64,000 nt of DNA from Paecilomyces variotii (taxonomy: Eukaryota). This document shows, piece by piece, positions 52,513-64,000 of the stretch; positions within the stretch are counted from its first letter, which is position 1; every line of letters starts with the position of its first letter. The translations under genes were made by a program, and so were the position numbers. Under the pieces are notes generated by a model. That model was not told the origin of the DNA. It searched no databases and worked only from the letters and a program-made list of their open reading frames with translations. The stretch lies in the NCBI GenBank assembly GCA_004022145.1, contig RCNU01000020.1. The stretch is one strand, 5' to 3'.

Positions 52513-53863
52513 ATGTCATCTATTTGTGTGAAAGGTCGCAAAGCTCTTGATAGGCTTCGTTCGACCTTCGACCTTATGAAGCTTGACACAGGATATGCGG
52601 AAGATAAGCCTATGAGGGAGACACCTCTGACAGAGACACATATAAAAGAGATAACCACGAAGGAGACACCTGTGACAGGCGCACCAGTCGAGGAAATACA
52701 TGTGAAGAATGCGCCTCTAGTTGATGCCCGCAACGAAACCTGCGACAATCTCAATGAGATATTGATGTCCGTTTTGGACCAAGAAAGTCTATACCTTGGG
52801 AATGAAGCAGCAAGAAGTTTCTACATCATATTAAATGATCTTCAGCTGGAGGAAACCAACGATCTCGCAGACCCAGATAATTTCTGCTTTTTCAGCCCTA
52901 TGCCATTAGCTCGCTTGGAATCTTTCACATTTGACAAGAGCGACGAAGATACAGAGAGATTTCTACATAGATTTGGCCGCTGGGAAGGACTATCTCGACC
53001 TCAATCTGGAGAGCCTTTGATGAGGAATGCTAGAGCTCTTATAGGCAAGCTTCGTTGGCTAGTTGGAGCCTGCAAACGAATCTTTCCAGACGAAGATCGG
53101 AAAAGCTACCTCCTTAAAGCAGTAAACTGGAGGTATATGTGAGTGCTTTTTGCTCCCATTAACAAGAGAGTTAAGGATATTTCTAACATCTTCTGTTTCT
53201 AGTTTTTTTTGCCCCGAGATACTGGACGAAGATCTTTACGATATGCTAGACAGTGCTAGCAGACGCAGGGCTATCATACCTGACGGCATCGGCACATTTG
53301 TTAAGATGTTCGATATTACCGATGGATATATCGCTTGGCCTCCGGATATTCGTGCTGACCAGCCACATGTCATTATTATGATCGACCATAAATACCCTGG
53401 TGATGATATGATTTCACGAGCAGAGATTCTAGCAATTATTGCCGTTATAATGACACAACTCCAACATGAGAACCTCGCAGAGCACTGCATTATTCCGGTA
53501 AGAATATTTAACAAGAAACATCCTACAAATCTATATTTACCTAACTTTTATCTTTTCATGTGATATTTCTAGGTAATGGTAGTCTCATTTATGGATTCTC
53601 TGCAAGGAAGGATCTTGCAGGCTCATATGACAAATAGCGGGCTTATCATCAAAAAGTCCAAACTGTACGATTTCGACAGACAGGCCGACTTTGAAAAGTC
53701 TATGACTTTATTCTCGAGATACATGGCATGTGATAGGATTGGAAACACTCGCAAATTTGTGAAATTTGACATGAATGCCCGCGACATGTCTATACGTGCA
53801 GCGACAACCGCCGCTCGTAAGTCGAAAGATGTTACGTCTGGCGCAGAGAACACCATGGGTTGA
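52513..53863 (+). CDS. Uncharacterised fungal protein 'X2' (3 exons), paralogue of 5911-7217
   Basis: Introns 53139-53202 and 53498-53572 sit at the same codon positions as in X1. CFFSPMP, FDITDGY, ISRAEI, EHCIIPVMVVSFMDSLQGRILQAH, KKSKLYDFD. Confidence 0.82.
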
Positions 53864-54573
53864 CTGGAGCATGACATAGGGAAATGATCCACGGAGCTTG
53901 AGGAGAAGTTACTCAGCGTTGAAGATTCATCCAAACGTGGTTAACCGGGGTCCCTGATCGGGGAGACGTGCAATTTGGATACTCACTACGATGCAAAAGT
54001 GACTGATTCTCTGGACGCAATTCCTCGATTTGTTTTGCACTTCATTCTCACAGATCTCAGCAATAAATCGACAAGAACTTTGAATTGTTGCAAAATGCGA
54101 AATTACCATCTTGCGGGATTCAGCGTATCCAAAATGAAGCCTGAATTAATCGCATCGACCTTTAGAGTATCATCAATCTTCTGCCAGGATTTGCCACGGT
54201 CCAGCCTGTACCTGCAACAACAATGCGTCCCGCTAGGACGATTCCAAGAATTTCCCAGCAGGCGCTGCGAGGACACTCCATCCTGAGATCAACAACGGGC
54301 GGTCGTCGGAAACTGAAATCAGTTCTAAGAGGGTCACGTGAAAAAGTACTGATTCTTACTGAATTCGGGCACTAAACCAAATATCCCAAACTAGCGTCGC
54401 CCCTTTCCTATCCACTCGTAAACAATTTAAGCATAGGCAAGTCTATTCTGATCAAAGTACTACCAACAACAGGATTAATGATAGCGACATAGCCGATCCT
54501 TCCTTGTTGTCAATTTGGATGAGATTGATTCTTTCGCTTGCGCCAAATTGAAACGCGAAACCATCTGTGAAAG

Positions 54574-55409
54574 ATGGCCTCATCAAAGTCAACGTCGATT
54601 TGGACACGGAAGCGAGATCTCGTGTATCTTGGATTCTTCTTCACACATGTTCCTATCATGTTAAGTATGTAATTACCGTCCGTCCCCAATCTTCCTATCC
54701 TTCCAGTTGCATAATAAGCATGGCGAATGGAGAGTGCAATGTGAACTATGAAATGCCTACTATGCAAGCTCGATCTGTGACACCCGTTCTCGGAGCAGTG
54801 AACAGTCTCATGTCAACTCCAAAGTACTATGGACGATATCAATACTAACCTTGAGTGCCAATTCCGAAAGTGGTCGACATAGTTCCATTTTACCCCGAAG
54901 CCATCAGATCTGATGTACTGGTCAACATTCGCCAATTCTACATTGAGACATTCCGCGACAAATTCTTCGAGACTCCACCTAACTGGTTCATGTTCTTCCT
55001 TGCCATGGAACTTGTGTACCATTTGCCTCTCAGCATCTGGGCTGTTGGTGCTTTGATCAGAAGTGAGTCTGCGCAGACTGCGGATCGGTTTGGAGACTAC
55101 TAACTGTTTACAGAGGACCCTCTTGTTCCAGTTCACCTTCTCATCTGGGCTGTGCAATCCTTCATCACGACGATGACGTCTCTAGTCGATGTGTGGTCTT
55201 GGACCGATCGCACGACGGATGAGAAGTATAATATCACGACGCTGTATGGGCCTTATGCTCTTCTGGGTACGTTGCATCTTCATCTAACCATAAGCCTGCA
55301 TCTTCGATGTTTCGTCAACCAGTTCTAATCGGAAATAGCTGCATTTATGGGTTTCGATATGTTCTTGAGGTTGCGCAGTCTGTTGGTGGGGAAGATCAAG
55401 AACGCGTAG
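54574..55409 (+). CDS. EXPERA-domain membrane protein (TMEM97/Ema19-like), multi-exon
   Basis: RKRDLVYLGFFFTHVPIML, FYIETFRDKFF..PPNWF..F..MELVYHLP, LYGPY. Confidence 0.82.
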
Positions 55410-56493
55410 GGGAACTATCATAGATGCTAAACACAGCGAGGCCAAAGTTGTGCTTGGAGGATATAATACGAAAATAATAGTCTCAGACTGTTCCAATGCT
55501 TAATGTTCTTTATTCTTTTCCGCGATGCTAATTCTCCAGTTCACTATGCCTCACCCCATCCGGGGATAAGTGGTCTGTGCCCAGTTTCCCCATAGGTATG
55601 ATTTCGAGACTCGACTGTAATGGATGACGTATATGGCGAATATCTGGAGAACTGAGGCTCTTTGCCTGCATTTTAGGAGGGATATATCTTGAAGGGTGCT
55701 AATTATTTGAAGTAAACCCACGCTAGGATTATAATCAGGCAGAGCAACGTTAATCTCGAGACTACTCGATGGGAAAGTTAAGCAGGTTGAACTGCCAATC
55801 ACTTGGCCTGCGGGGTACTGGTACGCGAAGATACTTGGAGATGGCAGAGGTATCCCGCTTAACAAAAGTACCATAGCAGTATCTCTACTTCGGCTAGGCC
55901 CCGCGTAACATCGTTCCGTCCAAGTTCCACTCACTGTCGTAATTGCGCCTGATCCGATTCTCGCCTCGGACAGTCTCTTCGAGATCTCCGGACTGATCTT
56001 CACTGCAGAACACAATCTGTGTTCGAGAAGTACTGTGCGTATACTTCTTCTGAGGACGCAGTGAGTCGCACAGTCCTTCTTTGTCTATCTCCGTCATTTT
56101 TAGCGGTCCTTTGGCCCCTTCAGCGCTGGGATCCCGAATTCTCTTGCCGCACCTTCTGTTACGCATCGCATATTCCTGGTAAGAGGCTTTCTTCCAGTCT
56201 GTGCAAAGCCAGTCTCGCGAAGGATCTTTCTTGATGCTGCATACAGCGCTCAAGTAGATCTTGACCAGCAACCAAAGTAGATGCGGTGCTAGCTACGCTT
56301 TTTGTGCCGTGTTCTATGCTGACCTTTTATTGTTGGAACAGTCTCAACTGCCAATCGCGCCACGCCACTTCCTTGCCGCCTCTCATTCTTGAAACGTTGC
56401 GCAGTAACGATCCTTTGATAGGCGATTCGCTGTCGCGTTTGCGCCTCTTCATTGAGCAATCGGTACTAGGGTCTTGACTGCTTCTTTGTCGAA

Positions 56494-57588
56494 ATGACTG
56501 AAACGATGGAGACTACGGATCAACGGTCACGCGCGCGCGCTGCCATGGAGACTACCGGGCCCGCAGAGCCCTCCAATCCCAGCGAGATTTCTGCGTCGAC
56601 CGGTGGTGACCTATCTCGGATCTCTTCGCGCGCAAGCATTGCTGTTGCGGACGGTGTGCCGCTAGAAGAAGCCGTTGACGACGAAGATGAGGACGAGGAT
56701 GTCGAGGAAGCGGATGAAGAATACATTGATGTGGACCATGACGACATGAATGATTTCTCGTATTATTTCCGGAGAGCGCCGGCACAGCGTCAACGTACAG
56801 CAATAGACGAGCTCCACCCGTTCGTCCAGGTGCTGACTGTGTCCAATTTGGAGGACTGCATCAGAGTCGAAGAAGCTTTCCCAGAACATGAGCGATGCTC
56901 GAAGGAAAAGGTGCGTGAATATGCTGTGGCGAGCGTATAACTCTCAATGGAGAGCTTGTCAACAAAACGAAGCGTTGTCGTTGTTCTCTATCTATCTTTC
57001 TTGCTTGCGGTTGTTGATATATGTCGCATCATCGCTGATTTCATCCAGTTTATCTACCGCCTGACGAAATGCCCGGAACTGTCTCTGGGTCTTTTCACTC
57101 TTCCAGTCCTAGAACCAGAAAAGCCCAAGCCTCGACCAGAGCTCGTGGCTCATGTAATTGCCACTCGCACCAAGGCTCCGCAAGTGACAGATGCTGCGAT
57201 GTCGCTTCCTCCCGACTGGGAGACCCGGGGTAAGAATAGCGACGACTGCGACGAGCTGGCACCGGGACACCATGAGTGGGGTAGCACTATATGTATTCAC
57301 TCTCTGGCAGTTGTGCCGGAGCACCAAGGCAAGAAAGTCGGTTCTACATTGATGAAGTCATATATTCAGAGGATCAAGGAGGCCGAAATCGCGGACCGAG
57401 TCGCGCTTCTGGCCCATGATGATATGATTGGGTTCTATGAAAATCTTGGATTCGAGAATAGGGGCGCTAGTAAGTGCCAGTTTGGTGGTGGTGGATGGTC
57501 CAACATGGTACGTATCCCTCCTATATGGAGCAATGTCCATAGAAACTAACGAAATCTCCAGGTCCTAGAATTTTCAAAGACATTGTGA
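56494..57588 (+). CDS. GNAT acetyltransferase (polyamine/arylalkylamine N-acetyltransferase, Paa1-like)
   Basis: EEAFPEHERCSKEK-FIYRLTKCPELSLGLF, ICIHSLAVVPEHQGKKVGSTLMKSY, FYENLGF. Acidic N-terminal extension. Two introns. Confidence 0.88.
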
Positions 57589-58075
57589 GCTTATGGCGTT
57601 GTGTTTCCTGGACACGATATCGGGTATTATTGCGACTACGTCCGCAATAATGCACGCTTCTTATTTCACGTTTCTATGACGGGTACTACAAAGAGAAAGG
57701 AAATGGAGTTTAATGGTCTGCAGTAATCGGGAGACGGAAATCATGGTTCCAAGGATGTGCATCCGCATTACGAGCCGGGAAGAGAGACAAGGCGCTTGGG
57801 TCAAAGACAGCGAGGAACTTGGTTGTACCATACCATACATTACTAGCTACGATATCATACATACGATATATAAGTATGGGAGATACGAGCAATGTGGGTT
57901 GAAGTCTCATGCGATTTGCTTTCATCCGTACGAGGCGAGGGATAAAATGAGGCGTTCACGAAGCAGTCCTTCTGGTCGGTTAGGAGTGGCTTTCTGCAAT
58001 TGTGAACAGGCTGTGGTTTCTTCGCATCCTAATACAACATCCTTCTCTGTGTCCTTGTGATCCTCTAGTTATCCT

Positions 58076-58101
58076 GTAGTAGTAGTAGTAGTAGTAGTAG
58101 T
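58076..58101. repeat. (GTA)n microsatellite
   Basis: Direct observation. Confidence 0.9.
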
Positions 58102-58214
58102 TAATGCTTTACAGACATGAAAATGAAGCCATCCCCGTATTTATCTAAGTAGAACCGGAAAGTCTTGGCACTGCGGCTGGACCTGCCGTGCCACCAGGCC
58201 ATCTTCACCGCCCG

Positions 58215-58223
58215 TGAAAAATT
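58215..58223 (+). promoter_or_regulatory. RRPE-like element TGAAAAATT in the NOG1 promoter
   Basis: Matches the rRNA-processing element typical of fungal ribosome-biogenesis genes, about 110 bp upstream of the ATG. Confidence 0.55.
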
Positions 58224-58329
58224 GCCGTGTGGGACAACAATCGGGCGCATTTTATTTTTCAGCGACTTTTATCTGCACAACAACATCCAACAGCACGACG
58301 GCAGTTATCCAGTCCGTTCGTTGCCCATC

Positions 58330-60629
58330 ATGAAGACCACTTGGAAGGAGGTAAGTTACGATTATAGCCCTGATGATTTCAGACAAAATCACCGCTTCAC
58401 TGGTCTGGAGTAGTCGCTGATCTTTTTTTCTTTTTTTCCCCCGATTAGATCGCCCCGGTGCCGACGAGCCAGGAATTTCTGGACATCGTCCTCAGTCGCA
58501 CTCAGAGACGACTTCCAACGCAGATCCGATCTGGATTCAAGATCAGTCGTATTAGAGGTATTTTCCCACAGTTTATTGGAGGACATGAAACCTCGGATCC
58601 GACAGTGGATGAGGAGACGAGATGGGCCGATAAGGAATATTTGCTGAAAATTTCGTCCCGCCCACAGGTTTCTATACCCGAAAAGTCAAGTTCACCCAGG
58701 AGACTTTCTGTGAGAAGTTCCAGGCGATTCTCGATGGATTTCCCAGACTCCAGGACATTCATCCTTTCCGTACGTACAATTCCTATGCGAAACTCTCCAG
58801 GGGGGACAGCCGCTAATTTCGACCAGACAAGGATTTGATGAACACACTTTACGATGCCGACCACTTCCGTATTGCGCTCGGTCAGGTCTCGACTGCGAAG
58901 CACCTAGTTGAGACCGTTTCCCGCGACTATGTCCGTTTGATCAAATACGCCCAGTCGCTCTTCCAATGCAAGCAGCTCAAACGTGCTGCCCTTGGTCGTA
59001 TGGCTACCATCTGCAGGCGTCTCAAGGACCCGCTTGTCTATCTGGAGCAGGTGCGACAGCACTTGGGTCGTCTGCCCTCGATCGACCCAAACACACGAAC
59101 CCTCCTGATCTGTGGATACCCCAACGTTGGAAAGTCCAGCTTCCTGCGCAGCATCACCCGCGCAGACGTTGATGTGCAGCCCTACGCTTTCACTACCAAG
59201 AGTTTGTTTGTCGGCCATTTCGATTACAAGTACCTGCGATTCCAGGCCATTGATACGCCTGGTATTCTCGACCACCCTCTGGAGGAAATGAACACCATCG
59301 AGATGCAGTCCATCACCGCCATCGCCCATCTTCGGTCCGCTATTCTCTACTTCATGGATCTGTCTGAGCAGTGTGGTTACTCAGTCACCGACCAGATCAA
59401 GTTGTTCAACAGCATCAAGCCCCTTTTCGCGAACAAGTTGGTCTTTGTCGTTATCAACAAGATTGATGTCAAGCGCCCCGAGGACTTGGAACCTGAGATG
59501 CAGGCTGAGCTCCAGTCTATCCTCAAGTCCGGAGAAGTTGAAATGTTGCAGCTGTCTTGCACAACAACGGAGGGTGTCACGGCTGTGAAGAACGCGGCTT
59601 GCGACAAGCTGGTCGCAGAGCGAGTAGCGCAGAAGCTGAAGGCCGGTTCAAACAATAGTGGCACACCATCCGGTCGTCTGGGTGATGTCCTCTCCAGGAT
59701 CCACGTCGCGATGCCCATGGGCGGTGTCACGCGCGAAACATACATTCCGGAGGCTGTCAAGAGCCTCAAGAAGTACGACAAGGAGGATCCCGAGCGACGG
59801 AAGCTGGAGCGCGACATCGAGGAGGAGAATGGAGGTGCTGGTGTGTACAACATCGACCTGCACAAGAACTACATGCTTGCAAACGACGAGTGGAAGCAGG
59901 ACAAGATGCCTGAGATCTGGAACGGCAAGAACGTCTACGACTTTGTGGACCCCGATATCGAAGCCAAGCTGGCTGCTCTGGAGGAGGAAGAAGAGAAACT
60001 CGAGGCTGACGGCTTTTACGAGTCGGACGAGAGCGTCGAAGATGCGGAGGATGCAGACATTCGTGTGAAGGCGGATCTCATCCGCGAGAAGCGGGCTTTG
60101 ATCCGCAACGAGGCCAAACAGAGGAAGTCGCTCAAGAACCGTGCGGTCATTCCTCGCAGTGCAAAGGCCAAGAAGTTGTCCGAGATGGAGGCTGCGCTTG
60201 ACTCTGTTGGATACGACGCCGGCGCTGCAACTGCTCGTGCTCGCGAGCAGAGCCAGGCTCCTCGTGGTCGCACCACAACCCGCAGCGAGATCGACAACGA
60301 CGATGCTATGGATATCGACGCGAGCTCGAACCCTCGCGAGGCCATCGCTCGCGCCAAGAGCCGCGCTCGCAGCCAGGCGGCAACGAACCGTCTTCTGGAC
60401 GGTGTTCAGGACGCTACTTCTCGCAGCAAGGCGGAGAGGCTGGCGAAGCTGGGCCAGAAGAAGATGAACCGGATGGCGAGACAGGGAGAGGCCGACCGAC
60501 ACACGACCGCGTCGCTGCCGAAGCACTTGGTATGTAGCCACTTACTATCCGATCGTGTTGATACTGATGTGCTGACCGTTACTCTAGTTCACTGGCAAGC
60601 GTACCATTGGCAAGACGCAGCGTCGTTAG
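58330..60629 (+). CDS. NOG1: Nucleolar GTP-binding protein 1, multi-exon
   Basis: [27 protein letters not shown] (G1), [17 protein letters not shown]-terminal [17 protein letters not shown]. Confidence 0.97.
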
Positions 60630-61017
60630 ACTTTCGTCCAGGTGGTGTAGTGGACGACACGATGAAATCTGGTCGTGCTATGATTGGTATAAAAAACGGC
60701 GTTCTGGGGAGTCTTATTGTTTCTTATGGTTTTCTAATCGCCAACGGCCGTCTTAAGTCGCGAGTCTCGATTGTAGATGTTGATACCTGTTCATATCGAT
60801 ATACGCTTGTCAACGCAATGGCAGGCGCAGACAAGATATTAAATACGCCATTTCCTAGTCTTAGAAACATCAGACATCTAACTCCATACGGCGGCAGTGA
60901 TTAACACTGTAAATTATGATAACAGCCACTGTTCTACTGTACGGTCGGTGCGATATCGTCTAGGCGCGCCCATATATTGTCATCAATAATGTCTCGAAAG
61001 AAGAGCACCTCGCTTGC

Positions 61018-63361
61018 TCAGAGGTTCTCACCACGGCTGGGATCCAGACCAAACAGATCCCAATCCATTTCAGGCATCTGTATATTCGGACCTGGTGAGC
61101 CAATCTCATGAACGTATTGGTCGAAAGATCTCTGCGACCAAATCAGTACTTAATCACTCTCATCCGCAGACATTTATTTACAACTCACCCAATCTACAGA
61201 TCTCTCATCACAAAACATATCTAACATAGCATCCACATGCGGTTCCTCCACCAGAGTCTGGGAGAGACTTTCCGAAACATTTATGCTAAGTGCAGTAGTC
61301 GACTCCTGTATTCCAGCACCCTTTCCTGCCTTCTTACCTTTCACTTTCCGAATCATAAGTTCCAATATATGCGCCGCCGTTCGCGCTTCAGTCGAGACAT
61401 GGCTCGTACTATCCCATATCGTTTTTGATTTCTCCAGAGCTTTTAACTGACCTTCGAAATCATGCCCACGACTCGCCCACGACGACTCAGACGGACTCTT
61501 CAGACCGAGAGATAACGATAAACAAACCACCATAGCAGCGAGGAGGAAGTCATGTAACGTGAGGGAAGAAATCATCCAGCGATCTTCATACAGACGTCCG
61601 CCTGGCTGCGATGTCTCATGGAGCTCGTCTTGTCGATGCAGAATGACAAGAGCAGCATCTACGGCAGCAAGTCGTGAGAAATCATATTGCGGATTGGAAG
61701 TCTCAGTGCTCAAGTACGGGCGATGCAGGACGATGATGCTTTTGAGAAATAGCACTTCGACAGCACACCGGTTCATGATCACGGCCGAGGAGTCCATGAG
61801 TGATTGAGAGATGGGTTTCATTCGAAACGCGTCTGGGATGGTGCTGTATATCTCTCGAATAGATGCATCAAGGGCGATCGTGCTGGCGTAAGATGGTGAG
61901 GAGGGAGATTGGGTGCCAGCGACGACTTTCTTGAACATGTCCATCACCCCAGCCTTGACGATGGTGTATAAAACCGGCGTGTCGTCAGTTAAAGGACGAG
62001 CAGGAGGTAGAGATGTAGACTCTGGAGAGAAATCTGAATCTTTCAGATTACTCGGAATACTTGTGTTGCAGTATTCCATCGGTATCATACTTGGCACACC
62101 CATCTGGAAGGACATCAATCCATCCATCTGCAGGATAGTATGCCATACACGCCGTCTCATCTCTCCATCAAATGGCGAGAGTCTTTCACCAAAAACCTTC
62201 GCGTCTCGATGATAACCGAGACGCATGGCAGTGCGAATAATAATACCCATAAGATGCCAGAGATCTAAACTCGAGTCCACAGACCCGATGAATTTTGATT
62301 CGAGATGAAGAATCAGTGTCTCGAGAACATATTCAGAAGCGTGAATATACTTCCCCAGAAGAAGACATTGGATTGTTTTCGTCTGTAAAGCTCCGATTGT
62401 TATGGGTGATTCGAACGATCCCCCGGTTCGTATCTGGCGGAAGCCAGAGGAGACGCTCAGGACTGCATAGAGAAGGCCGATCCAGAGTACAGGGGCTGCA
62501 TGTGGGTTCATCCAGAATTTTTCGTACTGCGCAACATGTTATAAATTTGAAATAATAGATGGGATTGATATCGCATTCACCTCTGTCTGAAATTTAGTTG
62601 TATGTATAATCGCTAAAAATGTCAGTTAACTATGACTCTCACGAAGCCTCGGAGACTAAGTAGCATACGAAATACCATATATTTAGAACCGAAGTAATAC
62701 GATACAAGCGTATCGCATACTGGTCTCGGAGGCAATGAGCCAACAATCTCAGCAATCGTCGGCAGATGCGCGGCTCCAAGCACCAAGTCGACATCTTCAC
62801 GGTCGAGCGTCTCCTCCGGGATACTAGACGGAGTAACAGCCAATTGCTCTCTGATCTCTTTAATCTCATCAACTATCGAAAGCCACGGACTAGATTGCAA
62901 AGTAACTTTATGCTCTTCTCTAGGCGGCCGGAGCGCATTCCGCACTCGTGGCGAAGTCGTCGCACAACCTGGGACTTTCACTGATGAAGGAGATGCATAG
63001 CTCGCTTTTAGATTCTCTCCTATCTCATTTCGTGAGATTATCGTCATTTCCTGCGATAATCTATTCTGTCGCGCGAGTTCAGAAACCATGTCTTCGACTT
63101 TGCGCAATCTATCCTGCAGCTCGCGCGCTTTAGGCTTGTTGCGAATAGCATTGCTGGCATATGCGCATGATTCGCCTTTACCTCTCTTGACGCATTCATC
63201 GCAGGGGGTGCCGCGACTACATCGTAATCTGTGAGTTGTAAGCACATCGCATAGAATAGAATATTGATATTAAAATAGATGAAATCATACTTCCGCGTCC
63301 GACACTGTTCGCATGATGTTGGTCGTCTGTTTCTTTTGCCGTCTCTGAAAATTGGTTCCAT
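61018..63361 (-). CDS. Zn(II)2Cys6 fungal-specific transcription factor, multi-exon
   Basis: RRPTSCEQCRTRK, intron, LRCSRGTPCDECVKRGKGESCAY. Fungal_trans domain (AMRLGYHRD...FDGEMRRRVW). Confidence 0.92.
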
Positions 63362-63474
63362 TTCGATTATTCACTTTCCTCGCCCAGTTAGTTGAGTTTT
63401 ATTTAGTCCATCGTGAGAGTTAAATGATCAAATTGTTCTATCGAGAAGCATGGAGTTGTCTATAACGATATGAG

Positions 63475-63510
63475 CGGGGATATTATCTCCGCGCGGAGTT
63501 AATATCTCCG
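63475..63510. promoter_or_regulatory. Two tandem CGG-N11-CCG Zn2Cys6-type binding sites
   Basis: cgg-ggatattatct-ccg (63475-63491) and cgg-agttaatatct-ccg (63494-63510) in the divergent TF/SDR promoter. Confidence 0.7.
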
Positions 63511-63778
63511 ACCCATCATAAGTAACTAACGAACAATATACTTAATTCCCACACTTCGAAGTCACGGAGATGGTTCAAGTCCGCGATATGGACTCCAGCG
63601 GAATTAGATATTGTAGTTGAAACATTCTGAACGCGGATGCCTAGTCAGTAGGAACGACTTAAGGGTCAATATAAATATTCTCATGTCTGGCGCTTTTTAG
63701 ATCAGTATACTTATACATGCATACGTACTCTTGGTATATCCAATTCACCAAAAGAAACACATCTAGAATTCAAGCAAA

Positions 63779-64000
63779 ATGTCCCTCGCCTCAACAGCCC
63801 ACGGAACCATCTCCACCTTTTTTTCCAACTTGTTCATCTCCCTCCCCTACCCCAACACCTCCTTCGAGAACCAAACCATCATCGTGACGGGCTCCAACAC
63901 CGGTCTCGGCTTCGAAGCCAGTCGTCACCTCGTCCGTCTCGGCGTCCACAAATTAATCATGGCAGTACGCAATCTCGAAAAGGGCGAAAAAGCAAAACGC
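63779..64000 (+). CDS. Short-chain dehydrogenase (retinol-DH-like), 3'-partial at the window edge
   Basis: FENQTIIVTGSNTGLGFEASRHLVRLGVHKLIMAVRNLEKGEKAK (TGxxxGxG). Confidence 0.88.
   Translation, partial: MSLASTAHGTISTFFSNLFISLPYPNTSFENQTIIVTGSNTGLGFEASRHLVRLGVHKLIMAVRNLEKGEKAKR

Noticed and set aside
55551-56271. Overlapping minus-strand ORFs of 125 and 154 aa
   Set aside because: No recognisable motif. Possibly a degraded gene, but no call can be supported.
58370-58420. Box C/D snoRNA in NOG1 intron 1 (TGATGA...CTGA)
   Set aside because: Only about 50 nt with no clear terminal stem, and the CTGA is explained by the branch site GCTGAT.
59648-60541. 297-aa antisense ORF within NOG1
   Set aside because: An expected shadow ORF of a GC3-biased, highly conserved gene.

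Overview
Eukaryotic, intron-containing DNA from a filamentous ascomycete, probably Eurotiales (Aspergillus/Penicillium-like; inferred from gene content and intron style). The window alternates conserved and accessory blocks. (1) About 1.5-10.2 kb is accessory: a secreted possible beta-trefoil protein, a 3-exon CCHC zinc-knuckle/polyQ gene not recovered by the ORF track, a PD-(D/E)XK-like nuclease followed by uncharacterised 'gene X1', and a secreted YOR389W-like protein. (2) 11-33.5 kb is housekeeping: STEEP1-like, myosin light chain, C2H2/fungal TF, Mtr10, SmE, Fau1, Rot1, Aim41, Nup170. (3) 33.5-50.3 kb is a decaying redox/detoxification island: three intact reductases among many gene relics, a 346-bp MITE and a pogo/Fot1 transposase remnant. 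(4) 50.7-54.1 kb holds an HNH nuclease followed by 'gene X2', a paralogue of X1 with conserved introns and flanks. (5) 54.5-64 kb holds EXPERA, GNAT, Nog1 and a Zn2Cys6 TF divergent from an SDR, with twin CGG-N11-CCG sites between them. The most interesting signal is the same 'nuclease then gene X' layout occurring twice with two unrelated nuclease folds, a candidate toxin/antidote or conflict module. Exon boundaries were read by eye and family calls come from motif recognition, not database searches.
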